DNA of 64,000 nt from the NCBI RefSeq assembly GCF_006345805.1, contig NC_043017.1, positions 5,828,001 through 5,892,000 on the forward strand, given 5' to 3'. Shown here one piece after another: positions 41,331 through 56,347 of this stretch. This DNA is from Octopus sinensis. Its lineage: Eukaryota. Both the position numbers and the translations under genes were made by a program. The notes beneath the pieces were generated by a model. That model was not told the origin of the DNA, searched no databases, and was given only the letters and a program-made list of their open reading frames with translations. The number at the start of each line of letters is the position of its first letter. Within the stretch, counting starts at the first letter, position 1.

Positions 41331-41559
41331 CGTTATTCGACTGCAGTAGCAGGTAACTACAACCACCTTCCTACGTTTACTTCAACGCTCAAAATAAAAC
41401 GTGACCTAACCAATGGTCGAGTGGTTAGCCTTAACCTTCAATAGGAATTGAACCTCTAGGTAGAAACTGAACTCAGAATGTAAAGAACAGATAACATAGG
41501 GCTAAGCACAGGATGGCCTCCTCCTCTATTTTCGGAAATGTGATAGATGGCGCTCCTAA

Positions 41560-41830
41560 AACTAGGGCATCGGCTGTCTCGTTGTTTCCCCCTCTATTCT
41601 GCTTTTCTAGCTATTTCATCTCATCGGTCAAAAAAACCCCATCAAAGGTATTTTATAACCACATCTAAAAGGCTTTTTTGTCTCACACTATCAATCTCAT
41701 GCTCTTTCTCATCGGCGCCCTCAACAAGATACAGCTCTGGTATGGCTTTGTGGTTTTCGGGCATCATTAGAACTTGCAACACCACCCTGACTCCTTCTCA
41801 GAACATAACACCTCTTATCAGTCCTGCATT
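41560..41830 (-). mobile_element. Weak LINE ORF1-like remnant
   Basis: GVRVVLQVLMMPENHKAIPELY resembles the GLEILLxVK..KIPD block of the other ORF1 copies, and is followed by an FRCG-like piece. Confidence 0.25.
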
Positions 41831-42499
41831 ATCTTTCTTCTAGCTACCAAAGCTACAATAAAAAAGAAAAGAAAAATGCATAAATAAATCCGAAATGGAA
41901 ATATTAAATTAGACATAGAGACCGAAATCAGAGAATTAGGTTAGAACCACCAGCACAACTAGTTAGGAGTAGACGAGGCTGATGATATACAAAAAAGTTT
42001 AGATGGAAAAGAAAATTAGATGGGAAAAAATCTATACTCAGACTAATATTGGTATCAAATTTTGGTATAAGGCCAGCAATTACGGGAGAAAGGTTAAGTC
42101 GATTACATCGACCCCAGTGTTCAACTGGTACTTAATTTATCGACTCCGAAAAGATGAAAGGCAAAATCAAATAAAGTCGACATTGGAGGAATTTGAATAC
42201 AGAACCTAAAAACGGACGAAATACCGCAAAGCATCTCGTCCGGTGCGCTAATAATGCTCGCCGCCTTGGAGTATGATTGATATTCCTGAAATGATAAAGC
42301 TTGGAATCTTGTGGGAGGTGTTTCATCGATTACATCGACCCCAGACGGTACTTATTTTGTCGACCCTAAACGGATGAAAGGTGGAATTTGAACTCAGAAC
42401 GTAAAGACAGACGAAAAGCCGCTAAGTATCTTGTCCAGCGTGCTAACAATTCTGCCAACTTGCCGCCTTAAGGCAGACTGATATTAAAAGCTGAACTCA

Positions 42500-43429
42500 A
42501 TGCTAGAAATAAGATATGTATATAAATATCCCAGACAAACCTTGTTATAAATTGCAGCTTCGATATAAACTGGTAGTTAAATGGTTTGATAAGCATAGAC
42601 AGAAAACGCAGGAAACGACTCGATAACGTTCTGTAGCCAACACCCCCAAAGCTAATATAGATAGAATATAATTCGCACATAAGGAGGAGGAATCCAAATA
42701 GAAAACTATAACAAAATAACAAAAGCAAGATTAAAAAATTATCTAGAAGCAAACAAAGGAAAGCTGATAAGTGTAATAAGAAAACATAGAAGTCAGAACA
42801 AAACAAAAAGACACTTTTCTTCACAAATATAACAAAATAGTAAGAACAATCAAGAAACTAAATAGACTGAATTTACAGATTTAGATAACGGGGAAAACAA
42901 CTGAAAGGTTTAAAAAGGAACAAAATATAAAATCAAATTAGAATTTCAGAATATATTGAAGGGAAAAATGGAGAGAAAAACCACTCCATAGCCAATATTT
43001 CGCAAAGTCTGACAGAGAAAGTAAGCCAGGTTGAAAGCAGATAATGGCTCAAAGATTCTTATACAGAAGTAGAAACTGAAGGCCTGGTCCTAGCTGCGCA
43101 AGAACAATGCCCTAGCAATGAAAAAAAAAAACTATAGAAATAAAACAGTAAAAGATGTCTAACTTCATGTTCTTTGCTATCAGTCCAAGGAAGTTGACTA
43201 CTTCGTCACCAGCTGCTTCGTCTTTGCCAAATCCAAATATATTTACAATTACGTTTGAGTCGATAACTGTGTCTGTTAGGTAATACGTTAACAATTCAAC
43301 ATAAAAATTTAAAAAAACGTACTGGAAGTGGAATAAACGTGTATGAATCAGGGTGCATGACAACCACCTGGTAGCAATCTGCTGGGACATGCCTATGCCT
43401 GTCCAAACTAAGATCAAAATAAACCGCTG

Positions 43430-43430
<1 letters not shown>
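42500..43430 (+). mobile_element. Decayed R4/Dong-like LINE ORF fragment
   Basis: WLKDSYTEVETEGLVLAAQEQ (~43045-43110) matches the WL...ETEG.I.AAQDQ block of R4-clade ORFs. The rest is heavily frameshifted. Confidence 0.55.
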
Positions 43431-44367
<937 letters not shown>

Positions 44368-44578
44368 AAAAAAGAATATAAGAGACATCATGACAACAGC
44401 AAGAATTGTTCACTGGAGACTTTGCAACAAGTATGGACTTGACAGAAAAAAGTAGTACGAACATAAAACACGAAGGCATCATCAAAAATGATAATGCAAA
44501 GATCCTGTAGGATTTTATGATTCAGTGTGACCATGAGATAGAGAATAGGAAACCAGACATAGTGTTAATTGAGAAAGC
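44368..44578 (+). mobile_element. R4/Dong LINE REL-domain fragment
   Basis: KEYKRHHDN..RIVHWRLCNKYGLD...EGII.NDNAKIL*DFMIQCDHEIENRKPDIVLIEK, containing the RHD and KPDI motifs. Confidence 0.8.
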
Positions 44579-45409
44579 CCTTGCTCTCTGTGACTAATGG
44601 AGTACTTCCATAGTGGTGGTGGTGGGTTCACAAAGTGGTCTGAACGCTGCAACATGTGCATTGAAGTCAGAGAAATCTCCTATGAAAGAGATTAGAGTTT
44701 TGTATTTCATTGAAATTTTAAAATTGTCTCAAAACTTTTCGAACGTACCTTCTATATGGTCGTCACTTAAGAGAATGACACAAGTCCCCCCACCACCAAC
44801 CGATATTCAACGCTGTAACAGCCATAACTCACACAAGTTCACACAAATCACGCAACTCAAAATCTAAGCAGTCGAAACTCATTAATGCCACACAAACTAT
44901 ACACCTCATATTATACAGAATCAGTATTTAACACCAATCAAATAGCACATACGAAAATATTTTCCCCAGCCAATAAAATAACGCGACAGACACTTCAAAG
45001 ACTTTTCATATCAGAGGAAATTCTAAAATGGTACAGAAAATAAACCAAAACAAAAGGCAAACTCCATAACAAAGAAAAACTGAGGTTACATCCTAATATA
45101 GAGAACTATAGGTGTATTAAAAATCAAACAATATAAACTATCGATTTCAAATTTTGTCACAAGGCCAACAATTTCCGGGGAAGGGGTAAAGCGATTGCTT
45201 TGGCTTCAGTGCTCAACTGGTACTCATTTTATAGACTCCGAAAGGATAAAATGCAAAGTAGACCTTAGTGGCATTTGAACTCAGAACACAAAGGTGGATG
45301 AAATACCGCGAAGCATTTTGCCTGGCGTGCTAACGATTCTGCCAGTTCGCCGGGCATCTGTATATAGATTTCACATTTTGGCACAAGGCCAGCAAATGCG
45401 AGGGCGAAT

Positions 45410-45768
45410 GCTGGTACTGTAAAGTGCCTTACAACACTTAGGAGGTTGCACAGAATATTGATGAGAACTGGATGCAAGTCTAGTTGATTGCTGATAAGTT
45501 CTTAAAGGAGGAACCAGAGAAGAGAGCTCAGCTGAACAATGTCCATGAAAATACTTATAGAAAAGAGACAAAGAAGCCACACAACGACGATGAGAGAGTG
45601 AATCCAATTTAGAAGATAGATCAGGACCAATAGCATTACAAATACGGCCTTGAGTGTGGTCCAGCAGAGTTAAACAATCCGCAGAAGCACCTGCCCGTAT
45701 GTGACAACAGTATTCAATGCAGGGGCGAATGATGGACTTATAAAGATAAAGAATAGTCTCATGAGTGA
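45410..45768 (-). mobile_element. CR1/Jockey-group LINE RT C-terminal fragment
   Basis: ILYLYKSIIRPCIEYCCHIRAGA...LLDHTQGRICNAIG...SLSHRRCVASLSLFYKYFHGHCSAELSSLVP, containing the LYKxxIRPxxEYC and L.HRR..ASL motifs. Confidence 0.8.
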
Positions 45769-46494
45769 CTGATTTTTGCCAGTTGAGTGGACTGGAAGCA
45801 ACGTGAAACGAAGTGTTTCGCTCAAGAAACAATACCCATCGCCCGGTGTAGGAATCGAAACCGCAACCTTGCGATTTTGAGTACAACACCTTAACCACCA
45901 CGTCACGTTCCTCCACACACTACTAACTACTTAACCAAAAATCCAATACATAACACACACACTGCATATATTCAAATGGCAATATATTTAGTTCTCTGAT
46001 TATAAAGAGTAGAAATAATAAAAACAAAGTGAAGATTTCCAAGACCCAATCCTAAACATATTCACAATCAGTTGTCATAATTGTCGCTGTTTCTTGGTGT
46101 TCGACATATTTTGCTTCTCTCGTTTTATATTCACACTGAAAAGCGCAAAGCTCGAAAATCACATCTACTTAAATTGCCAGCCTTTTCCCCATCACTACTC
46201 CATCGCTATTACGTCTATTACCACCACCACCACCACCAATACCACCACCACCAATACCACTACCACCGCCACTATCGCACGACGCCTCCATATATTAAAT
46301 CCATTAATAACAACAACTTAAAAAAGAAAAAAAAAGTAAAGAAACAGCAGGAAAACAAAAACAAAAACAGGAAAAAACAGTAAAAAACAGTAAAAAACAA
46401 ATGCTGCAAGAAGACCTACAAGAAGAAACGCCATAGAACATATAACGAAAATATAAGATGCAATAACAACAACAAAACGAAAATAGCGACGATA

Positions 46495-46546
<52 letters not shown>

Positions 46547-46548
46547 TA

Positions 46549-46629
<81 letters not shown>

Positions 46630-46774
46630 GTAATAATAATAATAGTAATAATAATATAATAATAATAATAATAATAATAATATAATAATAATGATGATGA
46701 TGATGATAATAATAATAATAATAATAATAATAATATTGATAATGATAATAATAATAATAATAATAATAATGATA

Positions 46775-46827
<53 letters not shown>

Positions 46828-46935
46828 GTAATAATATCAACAACAGTAATAACATCAGCATCAACACAACAACAACAACAACAACAACAACAATAATAAA
46901 AAGGTAATGATGGTGATGATGGTGATGATGGTGAG
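46495..46935. repeat. (AAT/GAT/AAC)n microsatellite
   Basis: Direct inspection. Confidence 0.95.
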
Positions 46936-47662
46936 GATAATATTAAGAACAATCGAAATGTCGAACCTAAGTATTTTGCGTGCTAAGAATATTTTATCAG
47001 TCTAAAAATATTTATTCAATACATCCTTAACAATTCCACAGGTTGCTGTTGTCTTAAATTTAGTTGCTATAGTTACACAATGTTTTCCATGATGAAGTAA
47101 GAACTTTTTCTTTGTTAACAAATTCCACCAAAGTTTGTATTTCTCGAAGCGTTCAAAAGAAGAGAGAGAGAAAGAGTGAGTGAGAGAGAGAGAGAGAGGG
47201 AAAGAGAGAGAGAGAGAGAAAAAATGCCTAATCTTCTAAACAGTACCAAATTTAATTTATATTCTTTTAGTGAGTTTCTTAAGAATGTTTACAGATTTAG
47301 GTAACCAGAAAGAGCGTTGTCTAGTGTTTAGAGCATTATGTTCGCGACAAGAGAACTCGAAGGTTTCTTTCATCCGTGGATTGGGCAAACCACTGAATCC
47401 TTGAACAAGGCTCTTCATTTCTCATTGTTATTGTCTACTGAAGTGAAACTGAGCACCCAATTAGTATCGGAATTGCCCTCTCTCCCTCCAGATGTCACAT
47501 ACCGGATGTTCTACTGGGGCAGGTAAAAAGGGTCCAGAAAATGGCTAAATATGCACGTAACTAGGCCAGACACTTAACAATCATCGAAATATGGTATCGT
47601 GCTAGCGGAAGAATGGTACACGATTTCTAGAAACTGCCGTAGTTTGGCTGCTAAATCATGAG

Positions 47663-47806
47663 CAGTCATGAACAACTTGCGGCCCGCAAGATTTTGTGAA
47701 GGACACGCCTAACTGAAAATTATCTTAAAATTTTTAGTAGTGCAGTCTACCAGATGACGGGCCATATCTCAAGCAGCCTGCTTCTCAGAAAAGTTGTTCA
47801 TGTCTG
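47663..47806. mobile_element. hAT-type MITE
   Basis: 16-bp TIRs CAGTCATGAACAACTT / AAGTTGTTCATGTCTG (1 mismatch) and an internal GCGGCCCGC. No TSD is preserved. Confidence 0.65.
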
Positions 47807-48977
47807 ACTTGGGCAATTAGATTTAGAATGAAAGAATTAGACCGATAAATTTAGACAACCGCGAACGAAAGCGTTAATAATAATGAATAAATAAAAATAT
47901 TTTTCTCCAAAATTCTGGCGACCTTTTTCCTGAATATTCAATATCTGTACATCACACCTAACATTCTATATATATATATATAACAGGATTCTTTCAGTTT
48001 CTGTCTTCCAAATCCACTCACAAGGCTTTGGTCGGCCTGAAGCTGTAGAAGACACCTGCCCAAGGTATTACGCACTGGGACCGAACTTGGAGTGACGGTC
48101 CAAATGCCACGAAGCATTTTGTCTGGCATGCTAACAATTCTGCCAGCTTGCTGCCTTGCCAGCATAAGTAATATACTAATTTTAAATTTTGGCACAAGGC
48201 CAGCAATTTCGGGGGAGGGGGCTAATCGATTAAATTAACCTCAGTGCTTATTTTATCGACCTCAGAAGGATGAAAGTAAAGTCGACCTCGGCGGAATTTG
48301 AACTCAGATTATAGAAATAGTGAAATGTTACTAAGCTTTTCACACGGTATGCTAACGATTCCAATAACTTGTTGCCTTAGTAACATAATATATTGACAAC
48401 ATTTGAAATACATAAGGAGAAGAGTTTTTTTTTGTTGAACTAAAACATTTTCCAAATATCTGAATAGCTCATAAATGAAGTATCTAGAAAGTGGATTTGA
48501 AATCGTGAATCAAATGTTGTTGACTTTCGTTAGTTTATTTTTTTCACCAGCTATACAGCTTATAAAAGAAGAAAAAAAACGGTTCTCTTCTAGATAAGAG
48601 CTTCTGAAAAATTTCTCCATCGTAACCCATTTCAACAAATCAATAATGTTCCGTGATATATTTTTAAAAAATATTTAAATTAAAGAACAATTTTCCAAAT
48701 TTTGTAATAAAATTAACATTTGCTATTTTTCTTAGGGAAACATTCTTCAGTTTTCCTTTTACAGAAAATGTTGAATTTTAACTTCTCTTAATATCCCAAC
48801 GGCTTATTGCATAATCACAGACATTTAACATCTTATCAAATATTCCAAATGTAAAAGGTTTTCAAGGTGTATATCATGCAATATAATCTAAATTTTGTAG
48901 AGTGTATATTCTATTTTTTTTAAAGAGTGTATATTATATAATGCGTTCTATATTTTAAATGACGTAGATCATATCAA

Positions 48978-49365
48978 TCGCAGGCGTGGCTGTGTGGTAA
49001 GAAGCTTGCTTCCCAATCGCATGGTTCCAGGTTCAGTCCCATTGAGTGGCACCTTGGGCAACCTTGGGCCGACCAAAGTCTTGTGAGTGGATTTGGAAGA
49101 CGGAAACAGAAAGAAGCCCGTCGTATACATATATTTATCTATGTGTGTATGTCTTTGTGTCTGTGATTGTCCCATACTACCACTGGACAAACGGTGTTGG
49201 TGTGTTTACGTTTTCGTAACTTAGCGGCTCAGCAAAAGAAACAGAATAAATGCCAGGTTTGAAAAAAGAAAGTACTGGAGTTGATTCATTTGGATAGAAA
49301 TTCTTCACAGCAGTGCCCCAGCATGGACGCAGTTGAATGATTGAAACAAGTAAAAGAAAAAAGAT
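48978..49365 (+). mobile_element. SINE family B copy
   Basis: GCAGGCGTGGCTGTGTGGTAAGAAGCTTGCTTCCC head through GAAACAAGTAAAAGA tail. Confidence 0.75.
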
Positions 49366-50788
49366 AAAAGACAACAAATGGCATCTGTAAAACAAATCCA
49401 TCGGAGATATGTATGTGGCAGACATATGTCAGTGACAGGCATATGTCATTGACAGGCATGTGTCAGTGACAGACATGACATATGTCAGTGATGCATCTTT
49501 GTATCGTTGTGTTTATTATGATTCTGTCATATTGACGTCGTTGAAGTTACCTCCATATTTGCTAATAACCGAAATTCTATTCTTTAAAAAAAATCTATCA
49601 AATGAAGCTACATTAACGAGATTGTAGCATGGAAGGTTTAGATTGGAAGAGAAATCGTAGAATTTAAAGAAGTGAGGAAAACATATTCAATAAACACTCC
49701 TGGAAGAAAATCAGAAAAGATAGTGTAAAAAAAAAAAAAATAAAGTAAAGTTAAAAAATTGTGAAATGAGAAAAAAAAAAAGATTAAAAAATCAATAGAT
49801 ATTACCGAAATCATATGAAAATTAGAATTTCCGAATGAAGATCAAATGCGTTAGAAGATTAAAAAAAAAAAAAAATAAATAAAAGTTAAGTTTTTTTTAA
49901 AGCAATATAAAAGTTTTTTAAGCAAACACGAAAAAGCTTCAGGAAAAAAAAAATCAGAAAATAGCCAATAGATATATTGAATAAGTACCCTGAAGATGTG
50001 GAGAATGTGGATCAATAAAGAAGCTTTTACCAGTAATACTGAATAGATTAAGAAATAAGAAGGGAAATAAAAGTAACCTACACAACAGGAATGGCATATA
50101 AATAATCTCCATTATAACTTTAACGTAGTGTTTAAGGGAAAATCTGTAGGGGGTCAGATAAATGCCACGCTTACCTTAAATTATCTCACATCAGCGCACC
50201 AGAAAACCGCTGATTTTATACCATACTCTCCCTTATGAATAAAACAGACAATATTCCATTATAGTTACCAGAAGGTACGATTTAACTTCTCCCAAAGAAT
50301 AGCCAAAATATAATATATCAAGTTACTAACCAATTACCATATATCACCACAACTTTTATGTCTCAATATTCCAAGAGAACGGATATTTATTTCGAAAAAC
50401 GCAATCACACAAATAGTAGAAGACGCAAAGAAAAAAACGTACCGTTGAGGATTTTATGGTTGTAAAGATCAACTTCTAATTAACAGAGCGAACCTTGGAA
50501 ATTATTTGACGAAACGTTGATAATCATGAACTGTTGTTCCACAGTAATATTACTACTGCAGCTTGAAAACAATAGAAATATATAATTTTTCACCAGTTAG
50601 TATTGGAATCTAGAAAGTCGCTGGAACACATCTATTGTGCAACTAATATTCTCATAAAACACATTAATGCAACCGTAAACACCGTTCCCAAATAAACAGA
50701 AAAGTCATTTATGTAGCGACAGTGTCTCGCTTAAAACCATAAGCAGCCTATAATTTCGTTGATTCCCTCTCCGTGTCTCTCTGTCTCC

Positions 50789-50819
<31 letters not shown>

Positions 50820-51107
50820 TGTATGTATGTATGTATGTATGTATGTATGTATGTATGTTTGTATGTATGTATGTATGTATTTATGTATGTATGTTTGTAT
50901 GTATGTATGAATGGATAAAGAGAGAGAAAGAGAGAGGGAGAGAGAGAAGACAAATAGATACTGAGAGAGAGAGAGAGGTGTATAGATAGAGAGCTTGGAG
51001 TTGCATACAGGAACCGATGGATTGCGGTTCTATATAGATATGTAAATGGACTGGAGCTCTATTAGATGCAAAGATAACCTGAAGATCTATACATTGATAT
51101 AGGCACA

Positions 51108-51153
<46 letters not shown>

Positions 51154-51371
51154 TGTGTGTGAAGGCTTCTGATTAGAACGTTTAATATTTTGATACCGAT
51201 TTGCTTTAAGTGCTGAACTCATTCGAATAGGCGCGGTGTGTTCGAATCCTGCCGGTAATGTCTCAACTTTTTTTCTGTTCTCTTTTGAGTGTTTGCTTCC
51301 GAACAACATGGTTCCATGTTCAGTCCCACTACGTATCACATTGAACATGTGTCTTCTGCTATAGCCTAGGG

Positions 51372-51572
51372 CAGTGGTTTTCAACCAGGGTTCCGCCAGT
51401 ACAGTCCAGGGGTTCCGCAAGAAGTTACAAAACTGCTAAAATCGGCAGTAATTTTTAATTCTCCTGTGCAGATATGTGTGCATAAGACTATTAAATTATT
51501 GCACAGGGGTTCCTCGAGCCAGTGGAATGTTTCCTTGGGGTTCCGCTCCAGCAAAAAGTTTGAAAAGCACTG
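51372..51572. mobile_element. hAT (Charlie-like) MITE inserted into a family B SINE
   Basis: TIRs CAGTGGTTTTCAA / TTGAAAAGCACTG with an 8-bp TSD GCCTAGGG / GCCTAGGT (7 of 8 match). A related end lies at ~8040-8133. Confidence 0.85.
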
Positions 51573-51749
51573 GCCTAGGTGCACGGAAACTGAAAGGAAC
51601 CCGACGCGTGTACATATATATATTTATAGGGGAAATTATCACAGAAATAGGGATATTTGAAGGCGCCGAGCTGGCAGAAACTTTAGCGCGCCGGGCAAAA
51701 TGCTTAGTGGTATTTCGTTTGCCGATACGTTCTGAGTTCAAATTCCCAT

Positions 51750-52112
51750 CAAAACATCTATCAAGTGTAAATAGGCCGAATATTGTTGTTTGGGACAGAT
51801 AAGAAAAAATATGTACCATCATAGCTATTCTGCTGATATGAATAGCTCTTTCAAAATCAAAGAATAATTATGAAAAAAAAAACTATGGACAACTGTTTTG
51901 AAATCTCCAACTTCTATATACAGATTATAGTTTCACAATTATGCAAATAATAATCGCTGCTCTCAGTTATGTAAGTAAATGCCCAAATGGCAATCTGGGT
52001 AAGCGAGGGTTTTCGGAAAAAGAAATCAGCCAAGTAACTCGTTCGTTACAAATACAGTCTGTAAGTAGAACAATTAAAATATGCAAAACTTTTCTCAAGT
52101 TTAAAATATAAC
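51750..52112 (+). mobile_element. R4-like REL LINE 3' fragment
   Basis: NRPNIVVWDR...NYGQLF*NLQLLYTDYSFTIMQIIIAALSYVSKC...LQIQSVSRTIKICKTFLKFKI*. Confidence 0.7.
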
Positions 52113-52635
52113 ATTGTTTTTGTTATCCATTCCAACAATGAGACTTCGTATCTTTGTTAGAAACTAGATCCTTCCTCAGGGGAAGAATTTGAATAACTAA
52201 AAACAAAAGAGAAAATACATACATACAAACATACATTTATATACACGCGTATATATGTATATATGTATTATGTATACATACATATATATATATATGTATA
52301 TATATATATTTATATATATGTATACACACATTCGCACACATACACACACATATATATGCGTGTGTGTGTCTTAAGCTTTGTGATTTTACTCCGCCACAGT
52401 TTGACAACCGGTGATGGTTTGTTTATACTCTCGTAACTTAAGCGTTTCGGCGAAAGAGTAGGATAGAATAAGTACCAGCTTAAAAAAACCCAAAAATACA
52501 GGGGTAGATTCGTTCAACTGAAATTCTTCAAGGCTGTGTCCCAGCATGGCCGCGTTCTATAACTGATGCAAGTAAAGATGATGCAATATATATATATATA
52601 CACACAGATATATGTATATTATATGTATGTATATA

Positions 52636-52697
<62 letters not shown>

Positions 52698-52755
52698 ATA
52701 TATGTGTGTGTGTATGTGTGTGTGTGTGTGTGTGTATATATATACGTATTTATAT

Positions 52756-52811
<56 letters not shown>

Positions 52812-55800
52812 GTATATATATATATATCAGTAGATGGTATACATGCTTTGTTGATCTTACCTAAACGGAATAGTAAACAATATATATATATATATATGTG
52901 TGTGTGCGCGCGCGCGTGTGTGTGTATGTATGAATATCTGTATGCAAATATATGTATTTATTTATATATCGAGAGAAAGAGACGGAGAGGGAGAGAGTAT
53001 AAAAAAGAGGGCCAATCAAAACTTGTATGCTGTAGAATTCTTGAACCTCAAGGGTTTATTAAAATGGTGTAATTGGAGACATTATTAAATATTCTAAGTA
53101 TTAATGGCAGCAATATAGTTGACAAATGGTATACAAGATTCCATGAATATGTTTTAAAGAGGAGATTAATGACGAGATAGATATATTTTAGTGGCCTCCT
53201 GGAAACGTCTATGGAAGATAACTATGGAAGTATATAAAACATTAGGTATTTCTATGGAACGGCAGAACTACATCCTATCAATATTTTAGTAGTTTAGGTG
53301 AATGGTAACAGAAAACAGAATATTTGAGACGGAACTTCAAAGAAGTCTGCCAAAGATATGTATGCATATGTATGTACGTACGTATGTATGTATGTATGTA
53401 TGTATGTATGTATGTATGTATGTATGTATGTATGTATGTATGTATGTATGTATGTATGTATGTATGTATGTATGTGTGTATGTATGTGTATGTATGTATG
53501 TATGTTATGTATGTGTGCATGCATGTATATGTATATATAACTATGTATGTATGTACATAATTATGTATGCATGTATATATGTATGAATGTGTGTGTATGT
53601 ACGTATGTCTGCATGTCTGCATGTATGTATGTATATGTATGTATGTACGTAATTATGTATGTATGTATATATATATGAATGTGTGTATATATACGTATGT
53701 CTGCATGTATGTATGTATGTTTGTATGTATGTGTGGATGTGTATGTATGCATATATCTATCTGTTTATCTCTACACACACACATACATATATTTATATAC
53801 ATATTTAGGTATTTATATTTGTACGTATGTATTATTGTATATATTTATGTGTATGTATGCACACACGCACACACACACACATACATAGACATATATATGT
53901 GTTTATATTTATATAGGTGTATATTTGTGTGTGCATGCGTGTGTATTTACGCATATATTTATATAGACATATATATATATGCGTATACATGTTTATATAC
54001 ATACATATATTGGCATAAATATATGTTTATATGTATATATAACATTCATACAGACATCGCAAACATATATTAGCTAAATCTAAAATTTCTATTCATATGT
54101 ACGTATATGCACACATATATATATATGTAGGTATATATGTAAGTAGGAATATATATATATATATATGAGTGTGTGTGTGTGTGTGTGTGTGTTTGTGCAT
54201 AGATAGGTAGTCAGACTTACCTATACATCGTGCTGAATTTAAGAGATTTGGCAGCTATTTCCTGCAGGTAGAGTGACCGCATAAAAGCACCCCTGAGAAT
54301 ATTATCAAAACTACGGATGTACAGACAATAAAAACGTGCAGGAAATATTTCAGCGAAGAGACGCGAAGATGAGACGCGTTATGAAGAATACAGCTGTACA
54401 GACACAAGGAATATGCGTTAGATATTCGAGAGATTGCGCAATTATCATTGCACATTATCAAGAAACTTTATCGAAATACGGATGTACAACCAATACGAAC
54501 GAACGTGCATAAAACATTTGAGAGATTGCGCCAAAAGACAAATGATCCGCCGAAGCTGTAATGTACGAAAATGGGAAAAGAAAGGCTAAACGTATACTCC
54601 CATTCTTCATTTTTCTTTTTCCTTCTCTTTAACGAAGATTTTTTTTTTATATCATACACTAAATTTGGGTTTAGGTTCTATCGAGTGATAACTGAGCGTT
54701 TTCTTTGCGTTACTGATTTTATAGATAATCTACGTTAGCACGGTGGTTACGATCATAAAAATACTGTACTTAGTAACAGAAGCTGATAGAATGAGGGCAT
54801 TGACTCGAACCTGTACGATAATACGGGGTTTTGGCTCTGTGGTTAAGAAACTCGCTTTGCAGCAACGTGACGCGTGTGGCTTAGTGGTTAGGGTGTTAGA
54901 TTCATGACTGTAAGATTGTGGTTTCGATTTTTGGACCGGGCAACGCGTTGTGTTCTTGAGTAGAGCGTTCCATTTCACGTTGCTCCAGTCCACTCAGCGA
55001 GCCAAAATGAGTGATCTTATGACAGACCGGGTGACGCATCTTGTTCTTTAGCGAAAACACTTTATTTACATAGAAGAAACCAAAGAACAAAAAGTCCACC
55101 CCCCAAAAAAAAATACACTCAACACCTGAGCTGAAGACACCTCCGAAAGTGGGGCCCCGCCAAATCGAAGACGATAGAGTAGTAGGGGCCGAAACCGGAC
55201 GTGGTTCCTCCTGATGATGTCATTAACCACTGGATTCTATAAAGGAGCTGTTGAGGGAGCGAACCATGAAACGTGGTTGGAATCCTCCATATTGTTCCAG
55301 TCCATTCAGCAGGTAAAAAGAAGCATATAATGCGAAGGACTGGCACCCTGTCCAGGAGGGGAATACATGCGCCATAGAAACCGAGAAACCGGCACTAGCA
55401 ATCTGAATGACTCAGGAAGGAAGAATCACATGGTTTCCGGTTCAGTCCCACTGCGTGACACCTTGAGTAATTTCTTCTGCTATAGGTCCAGGCCAGCCAA
55501 TGTCTAGTGAGTAAATCTAGTTGATGGGAACTATGTGGAAGCACGTATGTGTGTGCATATGTGTGTATTATGTGTGTGTGTATGTAGGCCTTTCTGTGTG
55601 CGTGTTCCTGTATGTGTATGCATGTGGTTGTGCCTGTGCATGTCCCCCCAACGATTGGCAACGATTGTTTCAGTACTCATTATCAACTGTTACTTGTTGA
55701 ATGTTACATATATTAAATACACACACATTAATATGATTCGATAACAGATGCATATGTGTGCGTCTTCAGGTGAATAGGGTCTAAGGCACTGTTATACCAT

Positions 55801-56247
55801 CTTTAGTTTTTCTTGTTTTAGCGGTTCGAAAAGCGGGCCGATAGTATGAATATTAGACTTAAAAACTAAGAACTAGGGTCGATCTATTCGGCTAAAATCC
55901 TTTTAGCTAGTGCCCCAGCATGGCTGCAGTTCAATGACTAAACAAGTAAAAGAATAAACTATAATAGATATTGGTCATAATATAGACGCAATCAACAAGG
56001 ATCAGTATGAAACGGAAATGTCAAGAATGAATGCAAGAGAAGTATGAACGTAATATTTAAAGAAGAACTGTATATAAAGCGTAAGATAAAAGGCGTTAAC
56101 ACACCAGCTGTGCCGCTTCTATATGTTGTTATAAATTGCTACATATGTCGTTCTAACTCTTCTCAATAACCTTTAAGTAGTCTATTGATGATAATTAGAA
56201 TAACATGAAAAGCAATGATAACATTTAGAACGCAACCGTCCGATAAC

Positions 56248-56347
56248 NNNNNNNNNNNNNNNNNNNNNNNNNNNNNNNNNNNNNNNNNNNNNNNNNNNNN
56301 NNNNNNNNNNNNNNNNNNNNNNNNNNNNNNNNNNNNNNNNNNNNNNN
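56248..56347. other. Assembly gap (100 N)
   Basis: Run of N. Confidence 1.

Noticed and set aside
40824-41444. His-rich and Thr-rich ORFs (possible mucin exon)
   Set aside because: Almost entirely (ACC/ACG)n with no clear acceptor or donor, unlike the 57061 exon.
45371-45916. 181-aa ORF as a host gene
   Set aside because: It is a chimera of a SINE head and a LINE RT fragment.
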